The position numbers and the translations under genes were made by a program. DNA of 32,000 nucleotides. It comes from Deinococcus radiodurans R1 = ATCC 13939 = DSM 20539 (GTDB lineage: Bacteria; Deinococcota; Deinococci; Deinococcales; Deinococcaceae). Location of the stretch: contig NC_000958.1 in assembly GCF_000008565.1 (NCBI RefSeq), positions 1 to 32,000 of the forward strand, in the 5' to 3' direction. This document shows positions 18,227 through 27,009 of this stretch, piece after piece (positions within the stretch are counted from its first letter, which is position 1; every line of letters starts with the position of its first letter). The notes under the pieces were generated by a model. The model did not search any database. It was not told the origin of the DNA and saw only the letters and a list, made by a program, of their open reading frames with translations.

Positions 18227-18967
18227 ATGTCTGACCTTATTACCCGTGTTTCTTTACCGCTTAAGCGCCGCCAGATCACGGTCAAAGCCGTGACTGACCT
18301 GACACCGACCCTGCGCCGCATCACCCTGACGGGAGATGACCTTGCCGATTTCAGTAGTCCTGGCGCAGACGACCATATCAAGCTCTTTTTTACGCCTTTG
18401 GACGGCAGCGACCTCATCGGACGCGATTACACCCCCCGCACCTTCCGACCTGACGTGCTGGAGCTGGATTTAGACTTCGTCCTGCATGAACGGGGAATAG
18501 CGACGACCTGGGCCAGAAAGGCCAACGTTGGCGATGAATTGCTGATAGGCGGGCCGCGCGGCTCCACGCTGGTGAAGTACGAATTTGATGAATATTTGCT
18601 GGTGGCCGATGACGCGGCCTTGCCCGCGCTGGCCCGCCGCCTGGAAGAACTGCCCGCTGGCGTCAAGGTCATCACATTGGTCGAAGTTCAGAGCGCGGCC
18701 CACCAACTGCCCCTGTCATCGGCAGCTACCCTGACCCTGCGCTGGCTGCATAGAGGAGATGCAGCACCAGGTACGACCACGCTCCTGCGGGACGCGGTGG
18801 CCGAATGGAAAACGCCCTCAGGCACAGCCTTTGTCTGGGTCGGCGCGGAACGCAAGGCGGCGCTTGGCATCAAGGAGAACCTGTTGGCACGGGGACTGGA
18901 CGCCGAAACCATGCGCGTGACGGCTTACTGGACAAATGATAGAGCTGAGCCGTCACAACTTGAGTAA
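18227..18967 (+). CDS. Siderophore-interacting protein / ferric-chelate reductase (ViuB-like, FAD-binding)
   Basis: RDYTPRTF, LDLDFVLHERGIATTWA, LIGGPRGS, and a C-terminal SIP-type domain. Confidence 0.8.
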   Translation: MSDLITRVSLPLKRRQITVKAVTDLTPTLRRITLTGDDLADFSSPGADDHIKLFFTPLDGSDLIGRDYTPRTFRPDVLELDLDFVLHERGIATTWARKANVGDELLIGGPRGSTLVKYEFDEYLLVADDAALPALARRLEELPAGVKVITLVEVQSAAHQLPLSSAATLTLRWLHRGDAAPGTTTLLRDAVAEWKTPSGTAFVWVGAERKAALGIKENLLARGLDAETMRVTAYWTNDRAEPSQLE

Positions 18968-19048
18968 AAGAAGCACTGTCGCCTAGCTGAAGGGGTCGCC
19001 TCAACGGGCGACCTTAATGCCGTAAAAAAAAATGTAGTTTACCTCAAT

Positions 19049-20370
19049 CAATGGTTCGTGCAGTTTTGAGCCCAAAAGGAAAGACCCATTGAAAATGGAG
19101 CTGTGAAATCACCGCTTCCAATGGGTCTGATGGCCATCCTACAGTACGTTCTCAGCACGGTCCCGCTGCGCAAGACGCAGCGGAATTTCCTGACCGTGCT
19201 GCTCAGCGTTTTTCTCGCTGTTCCTGGACGGCTGAACGCCCTGAATCTCTCCCGGTATGCAGCCTGCTCGGAGAGTACGATTCGTCGTTGGCTGCACCGA
19301 AGTGACGATGGGGCCATTCCGTGGGGCGCGTTACACCAGGCGACTGTCAGTACAGCAATCGAGAGTGGGCTGATCAGCCCACTGTGCGTTCTGGCCATCG
19401 ACGCCTCTTTTCACCGCAAAGCCGGTCAGCACACCGCACACCTCGGCTCGTTCTGGAATGGCTGTGCCGCGCGGACCGAACGCGGAATCGAGCAATCCTG
19501 TTGTGCCCTCATTGATGTCCAGCACCGGCAGGCCTTGACGGTCGATGTCCGTCAGACCCTGACCGGGTCTGAGGCTCCAACTCGTCTGGAACAGGCCGCC
19601 GATCAGCTGGATGACGTGCTGCTCGATCTCCGGACTGTTCAACAGCTTGATCTGGCTGCTGTCGTTGCCGACGGGAATTACGCGAAGGAACCCATCGTGG
19701 AGACCGTGACGGGTCACGGTCTCCCGTTTATCTCCAGATTGCCTCGCAACGCCAACCTCAACGACCTCTACACCGGTGAGCATCCCAGACGACGGGGGCG
19801 AAAGAAGAAGTTCGACGGTAAGGTGGACTTCAGTGACCTGCAGCGCTTCGACCTCGTCTCTGCAAGGCCGACTGAGCGGGTGTGGACGCAGGTGGTCTGG
19901 AGCGTGCAGTGGGCGCGGGAAGTGCGCGCAGTCGTCATTCAGCAGATTGGTAAAAAGGGTCAGGTCACCGGCTACGCGGTGCTGTTCAGCACCGCTGTGA
20001 CCATGCCGGCTCATGAGGTCATGGCGCTGTATCGAAGCCGCTTTGAGATCGAACTGATCTTCCGGGATGCCAAACAGTTCCTGGGGGGCCAGGATGTGCA
20101 ACTGCGGTCACAGCAGGGCATCGAGGCGCATTGGAACGTGGTGCTGCTGACCCTGAATCTTTGCCGACTGGAGGCCCTGCGAGCGGCAGGTGGCGGGCAG
20201 GATCTGGTGTTCAGTCTCGAAGACATGAAACGCAGGGCGTATAACGCCCTGCTGGCCCAGGTCATTTTATCCAATCTGGACCTCTCGGCTCGCTTTGAAG
20301 AATGAGCGAATTCGCCGTTCAGTCCGCTGGATTTCGGACTTAAAGCCGCCTAAAACTGCACGAACCATTG
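19049..20370 (+). mobile_element. 1,322 bp IS4-family insertion sequence (size and host are reminiscent of Deinococcus IS2621; not verified)
   Basis: Terminal inverted repeats CAATGGTTCGTGCAGTTTT (19049-19067) and AAAACTGCACGAACCATTG (20352-20370). A single 400 aa DDE ORF. No target duplication visible. Confidence 0.88.
19103..20305 (+). CDS. IS4-family DDE transposase
   Basis: AIDASFHRK, VVADGNYAKE and YRSRFEIELIFRDAKQ (YREK signature). The track start is GTG 19103; alternative ATG at 19121. Confidence 0.88.
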   Translation: MKSPLPMGLMAILQYVLSTVPLRKTQRNFLTVLLSVFLAVPGRLNALNLSRYAACSESTIRRWLHRSDDGAIPWGALHQATVSTAIESGLISPLCVLAIDASFHRKAGQHTAHLGSFWNGCAARTERGIEQSCCALIDVQHRQALTVDVRQTLTGSEAPTRLEQAADQLDDVLLDLRTVQQLDLAAVVADGNYAKEPIVETVTGHGLPFISRLPRNANLNDLYTGEHPRRRGRKKKFDGKVDFSDLQRFDLVSARPTERVWTQVVWSVQWAREVRAVVIQQIGKKGQVTGYAVLFSTAVTMPAHEVMALYRSRFEIELIFRDAKQFLGGQDVQLRSQQGIEAHWNVVLLTLNLCRLEALRAAGGGQDLVFSLEDMKRRAYNALLAQVILSNLDLSARFEE

Positions 20371-20380
20371 TAAAAGCGGG

Positions 20381-21126
20381 TCAACCCCACTTATTACTCA
20401 TGCTGCACAGCATTTCGTTCTCCCTCAGAGCGTTTTGAAAGGCCTGGCTAGCGTATTGACTGCCTCGGTCGCTGTGATGAATGAGTCCGGCAGACGGTTT
20501 CCGCCTGCTCACCGCCATATTCAGGGCATTCAGCGGCAGTTGAGCCGTCATGGTGTTCTCCATCGACCAGCCCGCAATCGTCCTGGCGAACAAGTCCATC
20601 GTCACGGCCAGGTATAACCAGCCTTCTTTGGTTGGGATATAGGTGATATCGCTGGCCCAGACAGTATTTGGTGCCTCAGGAGTGAAATTCCTATCCAGCA
20701 GGTTGGGGGCAACGGGTAGGGCATGCTTGCTATCGGTGGTTTTAACGAACTTGCGACGCGTTTTGCCGTACAGGCCAAGGTCACGCATCAATCGAGCAAT
20801 TCGACGCACACTGTGCTGGTGACCATCGGCCGCGAGCTGCTTCTGAATCCGGGGCGCTCCATAGCGCCCTTTGTGCTGATGATCAATGTCCTCAATGAGG
20901 AGCTTGAGGCGTTCATCGTGGGTTTTCCTCGTTGAGTACGGCCTTCTTCGCCAGTTTCTGAAGCCACTCGGGGTCACTTGCAGAATCCGACACATGATGT
21001 CGAGACGAAATTCGTCGAGATGGGCGGCGATAAACGCGAACCTCAGAGATTTTCTTTGGCAAAGAAGCGCCCAAGGCTCCAAACCGCTTTGGGGCCTGCT
21101 CTGGGCAAGAAGGCCGCTGCTTTTTT
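20381..21126 (-). pseudogene. IS3-family OrfB (rve integrase core), reached by -1 frameshift; C-terminally truncated and lacking the third catalytic acidic residue region
   Basis: The -1 frame is open from the slippery site. FIAAHLDEFRLDIMCRILQV, WASDITYIP, HSDRGSQYAS. Ends at SMSNKWG*, before the expected DNA..E segment. Confidence 0.75.
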
Positions 21127-21387
21127 CAGGATTTCACGTTCCTGTCGCAAAATTTCGTTCTCTTTGCGGAGTCGTTGGATTTCCTGTTCTTGTGGCGTCA
21201 GGGTCGAACGACCCTGACCGGGAAAGGCTGCTTGTCCTGCTTCTTGAGCTTGGAGTCGCCAACGGTAGAGCACTGAAGTGCTGATACCAAGGTCGCGGGC
21301 GGCCCGGATGGGGCCAACATCCTCACGTGCTGCCAGGTCAATGGCCTGACGTTTGAATTCTGCGGTGTAAATCTTTCTGGTCGTCAT
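21043..21387 (-). CDS. IS3-family transposase OrfA (HTH)
   Basis: MTTRKIYTAEFKRQAIDLAAR and ISTSVLYRWR HTH, plus a leucine-zipper-like LRKENEILRQEREILKKA. AGGAGG precedes the ATG. Confidence 0.88.
   Translation of the reverse strand: MTTRKIYTAEFKRQAIDLAAREDVGPIRAARDLGISTSVLYRWRLQAQEAGQAAFPGQGRSTLTPQEQEIQRLRKENEILRQEREILKKAAAFLPRAGPKAVWSLGRFFAKENL
21120..21126 (-). promoter_or_regulatory. AAAAAAG programmed -1 frameshift heptamer of the IS3 element
   Basis: Minus-strand CTG AAA AAA GCA in the orfA frame. orfB lies in the -1 frame and is open from here. Confidence 0.6.
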
Positions 21388-21464
21388 GGGGTTGCCTCCT
21401 ATGCTGAAGGCTTAACTGCACCGATACAAAACTGGATCAATCCCACTCTCAACCATTACATTTA

Positions 21465-21503
21465 CAGAACAGGCCCCCAGCTCTAAGTTGGGGGCCTGTT
21501 CTG
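21465..21503. other. Perfect 15 bp-stem hairpin at the IS3 boundary
   Basis: CAGAACAGGCCCCCA (21465-21479), loop GCTCTAAGT, TGGGGGCCTGTTCTG (21489-21503). No clear T-run on either strand. Confidence 0.6.
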
Positions 21504-21674
21504 CATTTCGCTTGTCAAAGTAAAGAACCTATGTATTGTCATGCCATGAATGAGTCTTATAAACGTCCATGCCAACATGCAGAAAACGTGACAAGAGCTG
21601 GCGCTTCAAAGCGAACTTCGAGAACCTGAGAATTACAGGTGATAGGTGCTGGGGTCGTCGAAGTTGACCGTGAC

Positions 21675-22881
21675 CTCAGTAGGTGACAACTTCACTTTCA
21701 GCCGCTCCTGGCGGGCAAAAAGCCTGGATGAACACCTCCAGGATCGCCATGAACTGTTGGGGTTTCCACCGTAGGGCATCCACGAGATGCTGAGCGCCGT
21801 GCCGTACCAGACTGACCGCTCTCCGACCATGCTTCAGAACGGGGATGGGCCAGGTCTGGCTCAGCCAGACCCCCAGGCGCAAACAGAACATCCAGGCCAA
21901 TGTCACCAGTCCGAAGAGTCGCTGTAGACGGCTCCTTTCCGTTATTCCGGTTCGCTCTAAGTCAAAGCCTCGCTTTTTGAAACTGCTGAAGGTGCACTCT
22001 ATCGACCAGCGCTGTTTGTAGAGCCTCCAGGTCTTCCGAGCACTGAAATCTGTGGCGATGATGACGAGGTCACCTGTGGGTGACCTCGTTGCGACCACCC
22101 GCATCAACTCCCCGAACACGAACACCTTTTCGCCAATCTCGTGAAAATGACCGTGCTGGACGTGCTCAAACCACTCTTTCCCCTTCATGTCGTCTAGCAT
22201 GTCGGTCTGTCGGATACGAATTGCCCTCTTGATGCCCTGACGACGAAGAAAGCGGAACCATTCCGCGCCGATGAACTCCCGATCGGCCACCAGACCCAGC
22301 CAGCGTTTCGCTGGCCAGGCCCGAAGGAGCTTCAACACCAGCCACATTCGAGCGTAGGTGTGACTGTTCCCAGACTGGTCGAGAGGCACCCAGATGAGCG
22401 GCAGGGTGAAGCCGTGAACCACGGCTCCAAGCACCAGAAAGTTGATGGGCGTTTCCCCGTGCTCCCAATTGGTGCGGTCCAGACTTAGCAAAACCTTCCC
22501 CGGTGGAAGATGGACGACAAGCAGAGCGATGAAAAAGCCCCTGTCCAGCTGCTCATCCCGGAAGGTGCGGTCTGCTCGTCTCTTCTTGCCCTGCGGGGTA
22601 CTCATCCCCGGCATATGGGCACTCAGGTCGTGATGATTGACGCTCCTCGCGGCAATCATCGCCAGGAGGACGTCAATGAGGCGCTGGAGTGTATCGATGC
22701 GGAGGTGACTGGCATGCGTTTTGAAGTGCCCGGTGAGTGCGGTAGCCTGCTGGGCAGCTCCCCTCTGTTGATTTCACACTCTCAGGAAACCGCGAACAGT
22801 CGGCCCCATCAAGCTTGATGGGGCCGACTGTTGGTTTTTGCCGTCTGGGACAACGTCGAACCGAAGTTGTCACCTACTGAG
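21675..22881 (-). mobile_element. 1,207 bp IS4-family insertion sequence, copy 2 (inverted relative to copy 1)
   Basis: Same 19 bp terminal IRs at 21675-21693 and 22863-22881. The transposase differs from copy 1 by N->K and M->I, plus at least 2 synonymous changes. The same internal palindrome lies at 22795-22832. Confidence 0.92.
21676..22659 (-). CDS. IS4-family DDE transposase (copy 2)
   Basis: 327 aa, identical to the 6495-7478 product except for DMKGKEW and TGITERS. Confidence 0.9.
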   Translation of the reverse strand: MIAARSVNHHDLSAHMPGMSTPQGKKRRADRTFRDEQLDRGFFIALLVVHLPPGKVLLSLDRTNWEHGETPINFLVLGAVVHGFTLPLIWVPLDQSGNSHTYARMWLVLKLLRAWPAKRWLGLVADREFIGAEWFRFLRRQGIKRAIRIRQTDMLDDMKGKEWFEHVQHGHFHEIGEKVFVFGELMRVVATRSPTGDLVIIATDFSARKTWRLYKQRWSIECTFSSFKKRGFDLERTGITERSRLQRLFGLVTLAWMFCLRLGVWLSQTWPIPVLKHGRRAVSLVRHGAQHLVDALRWKPQQFMAILEVFIQAFCPPGAAESEVVTY

Positions 22882-22984
22882 GTGAGAAGGATGCTCTCCC
22901 CTCTCTTTTGCTGGATCTGGCTCTTTTACACGCGTTTCAGGGAGACTTCTGACGCTTTTTTACGTAGATTTTTGCTGTCACGTT

Positions 22985-23046
22985 GCTCCGAAGCTCCAAA
23001 AGTGCGGGCTTTTTCTACTCAAACCTCCGAAAGTGCGGGCTTTTCC
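22985..23046 (+). repeat. Two and a half direct copies of CTCC(A/G)AAAGTGCGGGCTTTT in an AT-richer noncoding stretch
   Basis: Full copies at 22994-23015 and 23025-23046 (31 bp period). A partial CTCCGAA at 22985-22991. Confidence 0.6.
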
Positions 23047-23168
23047 CTGACAACAAATAGTCGAGAGCTATTCAGGAATCAAACTTCGGTTTGTTATTGT
23101 TCTTACATTGTTGGCCTGCTTGTTGGTCGAGTCCGACTCTTTGACTTGCTAGCGCAATGCCTGGCTAT

Positions 23169-23187
23169 AGTTCCCACGATGGGAACT
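23169..23187. repeat. 19 bp palindromic motif AGTTCCCA-CGA-TGGGAACT (site A); candidate parS-like or protein-binding site
   Basis: 8 bp arms. Identical 19-mer at 31134-31152 and an inverted 18/19 copy at 31166-31184. Confidence 0.8.
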
Positions 23188-23270
23188 GGTAAGCCATGAA
23201 AGGGGACCATGCAGCTTGGGCGTGGGCAGAGGACGGTCAAAAGAGACGAAGTGCATTCGCTGCCGCGAAA

Positions 23271-23963
23271 TCAAGCATTTCCCGGCGAGTTGTCAGGGGC
23301 CATGAACACCCCAATCTGGTAAATCTCGCCCACCGGCTCACGGTTGAGGTAAGGCAGGATCAACGCCATGAGGTCGCGTTGCAATTCGCGGGCCTCTTGC
23401 TGGGTCAGGGCCACATTATTCCAGCCCGACAGGATCAGCGGCGCGCCCTCGGCGGCGGGAATGAACACCTCGCCCCGCAGGGAGACGATCTCGTAATAAG
23501 TTTCGCCCGAAGGGGTAAAACAGGTCAGCGTGCCCCAGGCCTCGTCCAGGCTGGCGCGCATCGCCCGGCCCAGATTGACCTCGAAGCGCTGCAATTCGGC
23601 GCGGCGATTGTCTTCGCCCATTTGCTCGAGGGGACGTACACTGAACGGCACGAAAAACGCTGCCGGGGCGCGGTAAAACCGGAGATCACGGCCTGCACGC
23701 CGCTCGCGCCGGACTTCCTGCACCAGTCCCAGCCGCACAAACCGCTGCGTCAGCTTGTAGGTGGCGGTCAGGCCTAATCCTAGTTCGGCAGCGGCCTGCG
23801 ACACACTGCATTCGCCGCGCATAAAGGGAGCCAGGCGGCGCAGGTCACGGCGGTCAGTGATCGTGGCTGCCTGCGCCTCCTCCGACACGATCAGGGTGCC
23901 GGGCGGCAGTCGGTCATCTCGTAAGTTGCCGTTGGGCGCTCTACTTCCCCAGTGGGCTGTCAT
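23271..23963 (-). CDS. Winged-helix (ArsR-like) transcriptional regulator with a C-terminal domain of unknown function
   Basis: ITDRRDLRRLAPFMRGECSVSQAAAELGLGLTATYKLTQRFVRLGLV wHTH pattern. Divergent from the hydrolase gene. The start could be internal (a GTG near VSEEAQ). Confidence 0.7.
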   Translation of the reverse strand: MTAHWGSRAPNGNLRDDRLPPGTLIVSEEAQAATITDRRDLRRLAPFMRGECSVSQAAAELGLGLTATYKLTQRFVRLGLVQEVRRERRAGRDLRFYRAPAAFFVPFSVRPLEQMGEDNRRAELQRFEVNLGRAMRASLDEAWGTLTCFTPSGETYYEIVSLRGEVFIPAAEGAPLILSGWNNVALTQQEARELQRDLMALILPYLNREPVGEIYQIGVFMAPDNSPGNA

Positions 23964-23993
23964 GGGAACAAGGGTAGGCGGTAGCGTCGCCCT

Positions 23994-25103
23994 ATGAAAC
24001 GAGCCCTCACCGCATCCCTCATCTTTTTGACGCTGAGCACGGCGCTGGCAGGAGGAGGCCGGGCAGCCGTAACGACCCGCAGCCTCACCCTAAAGCTGGG
24101 CGACCAGTCCAGCCGCGCCGAACTGCTGCTGCCTGCCGACGCGACTAGGCCGGCCCCTTTGGTCCTCCTGATTCAGGGCACCGGGCCGGAAGACCTGAAC
24201 GGCAGTTTCGCCACGTACGGCGGCGTGGTGCAGGGGTCGCTCGGCAAGCTGGCGCAGACGCTGGCAGCCAGAGGATTTGCCGTGATGCGCTACGACAAAC
24301 GCTACGCCGCCCAGACCTTCGACCCCCGCACAGCGCAGGCCGCCCAAAATGGTTACAACAAGCTCACTCTGAAAGACCTGCTGAGTGACGCCCGCACCGC
24401 CCTGAAGACAGCCGAGGCGCAACCCGGCGTCAACAGCCGCAAAGTCTTCGTCTACGGCTGGAGCGAAGGTACCGTGGTCGCGGCGGCCCTCGCTCAGGAG
24501 ATTCATGCCAGCGGCCTGGTCCTCCAAGGCCCCGTGGTCGACAGTTTCGCGTCGTCCTTTGCCCGCCAGTTCCAGACGGTGGGGATGACTTACCTGAACA
24601 CCTACGCCAGGGACGGCAAGATCGACCTGTCGGGGGTCCTGGCTGCCTTGCAAGGCCCAGGTAGCGGCCTGGCGAAGATGCAGGCCAGTCTGCTGCTGTC
24701 GCTGGACAGCACCCCGCAGGCACCCAAACTGGCCGCCATGCTCGACACCAACGGCGACGGTCTGCTCGATCTGAAACAGGAAGTCCTGCCGCGTGTCTCC
24801 GACTTTTATCAGCGCACGACAGCGCAGTCGCCGCTCTACGCCGGCTCCGGTACCCTACCCGTCCTCGGCACAGTGGCCCCGCAGCTCAAACTGCCGGTGC
24901 TGATCTTGCAGGGCGAAAACGACGGCAATATCGACCCCGCTTACGCGAAAAAACTTAATAGCTTGCTTTCCGACAGCACCCTCAAGCTGTATCCCGGCCT
25001 GGGCCACAGCCTGGGTCAGGCGGCGAGCATCACCCAGGACGACTTCGCGCCTATGCAGCAGGCACCCATGAACGACATGGCGGCGTGGCTGGCGCAGCAT
25101 TAG
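23994..25103 (+). CDS. Secreted alpha/beta-hydrolase
   Basis: MKRALTASLIFLTLSTALAGG signal peptide. YGWSEGT nucleophile elbow. LILQGENDGN and PGLGHS motifs. Confidence 0.8.
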   Translation: MKRALTASLIFLTLSTALAGGGRAAVTTRSLTLKLGDQSSRAELLLPADATRPAPLVLLIQGTGPEDLNGSFATYGGVVQGSLGKLAQTLAARGFAVMRYDKRYAAQTFDPRTAQAAQNGYNKLTLKDLLSDARTALKTAEAQPGVNSRKVFVYGWSEGTVVAAALAQEIHASGLVLQGPVVDSFASSFARQFQTVGMTYLNTYARDGKIDLSGVLAALQGPGSGLAKMQASLLLSLDSTPQAPKLAAMLDTNGDGLLDLKQEVLPRVSDFYQRTTAQSPLYAGSGTLPVLGTVAPQLKLPVLILQGENDGNIDPAYAKKLNSLLSDSTLKLYPGLGHSLGQAASITQDDFAPMQQAPMNDMAAWLAQH

Positions 25104-25218
25104 CCTCCTGCACAGGGTCTCTGGCAACTCAGTGCGCAGAGACAGTTGAGTTGCCACCGGACGAAATCGCCAGTGGGCGCCCCTCACCTGCGTGGAGGCG
25201 GTATGCTCCGGTGAAAGT

Positions 25219-26091
25219 ATGGAAAGCCACGAGATGATTGTCCGTTCCCTGGGAGAGAGCGCGGCCTTACTGGAGGAGTGGATCAGCGAGCAGCTGCGTT
25301 CGCCCGATGTGCGCCACGACCTGTTGAGCGAAACGCAGTTGCGTGCTCAGGCCCAGGCTTTTCTCACGCAGTTCACCCGGGCCGTGACGCAGGCCGCTTC
25401 GCTTGGGCAGCTGGGCACCATCACCGGAGAAAGCTGGGCCGAACTGCGTGGCTTTCTGGAAGACCTCTCCCGGCGCTGGGCGAGTCAGGGCTTCAGCTTC
25501 TCGGAAGTCGCCATCTTTGTCTTTTCCCTCAAGCAGCCCTTGTTTGAACGCCTGCGCCAGCAAGAGCAGAGCGCGGGGGCAGACGCGCAGACGGTCATTC
25601 AGGCTGTCTGGACGGTCTCGACCCTGCTCGACCGGCTGGGGCTCTACACCGTCACGGTGTATCAGCGCAGCCGCGAAGCGATCATCGAGCGTCAGCGCCA
25701 GGAAATGCTCGAACTGTCCACCCCCGTCGTCAAGATCTGGGAAGGCGTCGTAGCCCTGCCCCTGATCGGCACGCTCGACAGCGAACGGACGCAGGTCGTG
25801 ATGGAAACGCTACTCGAGCGCATCGTGGAGACGGGGGCCAGCGTGGCGATCATCGACATCACGGGTGTGCCGACGGTGGACACCCTGGTCGCCCAGCACC
25901 TGCTGCGAACCGTGGCAGCCACCCAGCTGATGGGCGCCGAGTGCATCATCAGTGGGATTCGCCCGCAGATCGCGCAGACCATCGTGCAACTGGGCATCGA
26001 TCTGAGTGGCGTCACCACGCTCGCCACCCTCGCCGACGCGATCCGGGTCGCTATGAACCGCACCGAAGCGTCCCCACGCGGCGCGTTCTAG
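25219..26091 (+). CDS. rsbR: RsbR-like stressosome sensor (N-terminal non-heme-globin-like domain plus STAS)
   Basis: LSTPVVKIWEGVVALPLIGTLDSERTQ...VAIIDITGVPTVDT STAS core, preceded by a ~170 aa helical sensor domain. Start uncertain (GTG 25192, ATG 25219 or ATG 25234). Confidence 0.85.
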   Translation: MESHEMIVRSLGESAALLEEWISEQLRSPDVRHDLLSETQLRAQAQAFLTQFTRAVTQAASLGQLGTITGESWAELRGFLEDLSRRWASQGFSFSEVAIFVFSLKQPLFERLRQQEQSAGADAQTVIQAVWTVSTLLDRLGLYTVTVYQRSREAIIERQRQEMLELSTPVVKIWEGVVALPLIGTLDSERTQVVMETLLERIVETGASVAIIDITGVPTVDTLVAQHLLRTVAATQLMGAECIISGIRPQIAQTIVQLGIDLSGVTTLATLADAIRVAMNRTEASPRGAF

Positions 26092-26096
26092 AGCGT

Positions 26097-26522
26097 ATGG
26101 ACCGCCTTCCCATTCTGAAGCTCGGAGACTGCCTGCTGGTGACCATTCAGGTGGAGCTGCATGACCGCCTCGCGCTCACCTTGCAAGACGACCTGACGAC
26201 CATGATCGCAAACACCGGGGCGCGGGGCGTGTTGATCGACATCAGTGCGCTCGACATCGTGGACTCGTTCATCGCGCGGGTGCTGGGCAACATCGCCGCC
26301 ATGAGCCGCGTGCTGGGGGCCGAGACGATGGTGGTCGGCATGCAGCCCGCCGTGGCGATCACGCTGGTGGAACTGGGGGTGACATGGCAGCACATGCACA
26401 CGGCCTTGAGCGTGGAGCGTGGCCTGGAACGACTCAAGGTGCTGATCGCGGAGCGCCACACACTTCGGGGCCATTCTCCTCGGGGCAAGCGCGGAGGCGG
26501 AGTTGACGGCTCCCGGCACTGA
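26097..26522 (+). CDS. rsbS: RsbS-like single-STAS scaffold protein
   Basis: LPILKLGDCLLVTIQVEL...GVLIDISALDIVDSFIARVL, with a Ser in the position expected for kinase targeting. Confidence 0.85.
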   Translation: MDRLPILKLGDCLLVTIQVELHDRLALTLQDDLTTMIANTGARGVLIDISALDIVDSFIARVLGNIAAMSRVLGAETMVVGMQPAVAITLVELGVTWQHMHTALSVERGLERLKVLIAERHTLRGHSPRGKRGGGVDGSRH

Positions 26523-26916
26523 GGCGCCCGAGACCTTGCCCGTCCGCTCGGAGGAGGACGTGGTGCGTGTGCGTCAGGCGGTGCGCGCTCTGGTGGTGCG
26601 GCTCAAGTTCAGCCTGGTGGACCAGACGAAGATCGTGACGGCGGCCTCTGAGCTGGCCCGCAACACGCTCGTCCACGGCGGGGGCGGCGAGACGCGGCTG
26701 GAGATCGTCCATGACGGCGTGCGCTCGGGGCTGAAAATGACCTTCGAGGACCAGGGGCCGGGGATCCTCGACATCGACCGGGCGCTGCGCGACGGCTTTA
26801 CCTCGGGCGGCGGGCTCGGGCTCGGGCTCGGCGGTTCCAAGCGGCTGGTCAGCGAACTGCGAATCGAGACGGAGGTGGGCATGGGCAGCCGCATCACCGC
26901 CCTGAAATGGAAGTGA
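26503..26916 (+). CDS. rsbT: RsbT-like GHKL serine kinase / switch protein
   Basis: AASELARNTLVHGGGG (N box), DQGPGI, GGGLGLGLGGSKRL. Overlaps the rsbS 3' end. Start at TTG 26503 or TTG 26536. Confidence 0.85.
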   Translation: MTAPGTEAPETLPVRSEEDVVRVRQAVRALVVRLKFSLVDQTKIVTAASELARNTLVHGGGGETRLEIVHDGVRSGLKMTFEDQGPGILDIDRALRDGFTSGGGLGLGLGGSKRLVSELRIETEVGMGSRITALKWK

Positions 26917-27009
26917 AGGTGGGGCGCAGGAGCACAGGCCAGCAGAGCAGGGGCCAATGATGAAGGCGGGGCTAACCGGCGCGGGGAGTGGACCTGACAG
27001 CTAACGCCG

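Larger units (their letters stand above)
20371..21466 (-). mobile_element. IS3-family element, 3'-truncated where it abuts the IS4-family element
   Basis: orfA/orfB organisation with an A6G slippery site. Left end reads TGTAAATGTAATGG on the minus strand, ending near 21466. orfB stops at SMSNKWG, about 85 aa short of family length and only 10 nt from the neighbouring IS terminus. Confidence 0.8.

Noticed and set aside
16831-18417. 528 aa minus-strand ORF, the longest in the window after the 602 aa ORF
   Set aside because: It lies antisense to the FecCD permease and ABC ATPase genes, which have clear motifs. It has an Arg/Gly/Ala/Pro-rich composition and no recognisable motif, which is typical of a high-GC shadow ORF.
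18994-19032. Hairpin GGTCGCC-N6-GGCGACC after the SIP gene as an intrinsic terminator
   Set aside because: The stem is followed by TTAATGCCGTA and then an A9 run, not a T-run, on the plus strand. It may still terminate transcription, but it does not meet the canonical pattern.
22994-23046. Possible relatedness of the CTCCAAAAGTGCGGGC repeats to the parA-proximal iterons
   Set aside because: Against the reverse-complemented iteron only about 11/19 positions match, mainly the TGCGGG core. That is insufficient to claim a common binding protein.
22831-23199. 122 aa plus-strand ORF starting inside IS copy 2 and running into flanking DNA
   Set aside because: It crosses the IS terminal repeat and continues through the direct-repeat/AT-rich noncoding region. 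Its composition is not protein-like, so it is a read-out artefact.
23196-23777. 193 aa plus-strand ORF
   Set aside because: It lies antisense to the wHTH regulator ORF, which has a clean HTH pattern. The plus-strand product is R/A/G/Q-rich with no motif.
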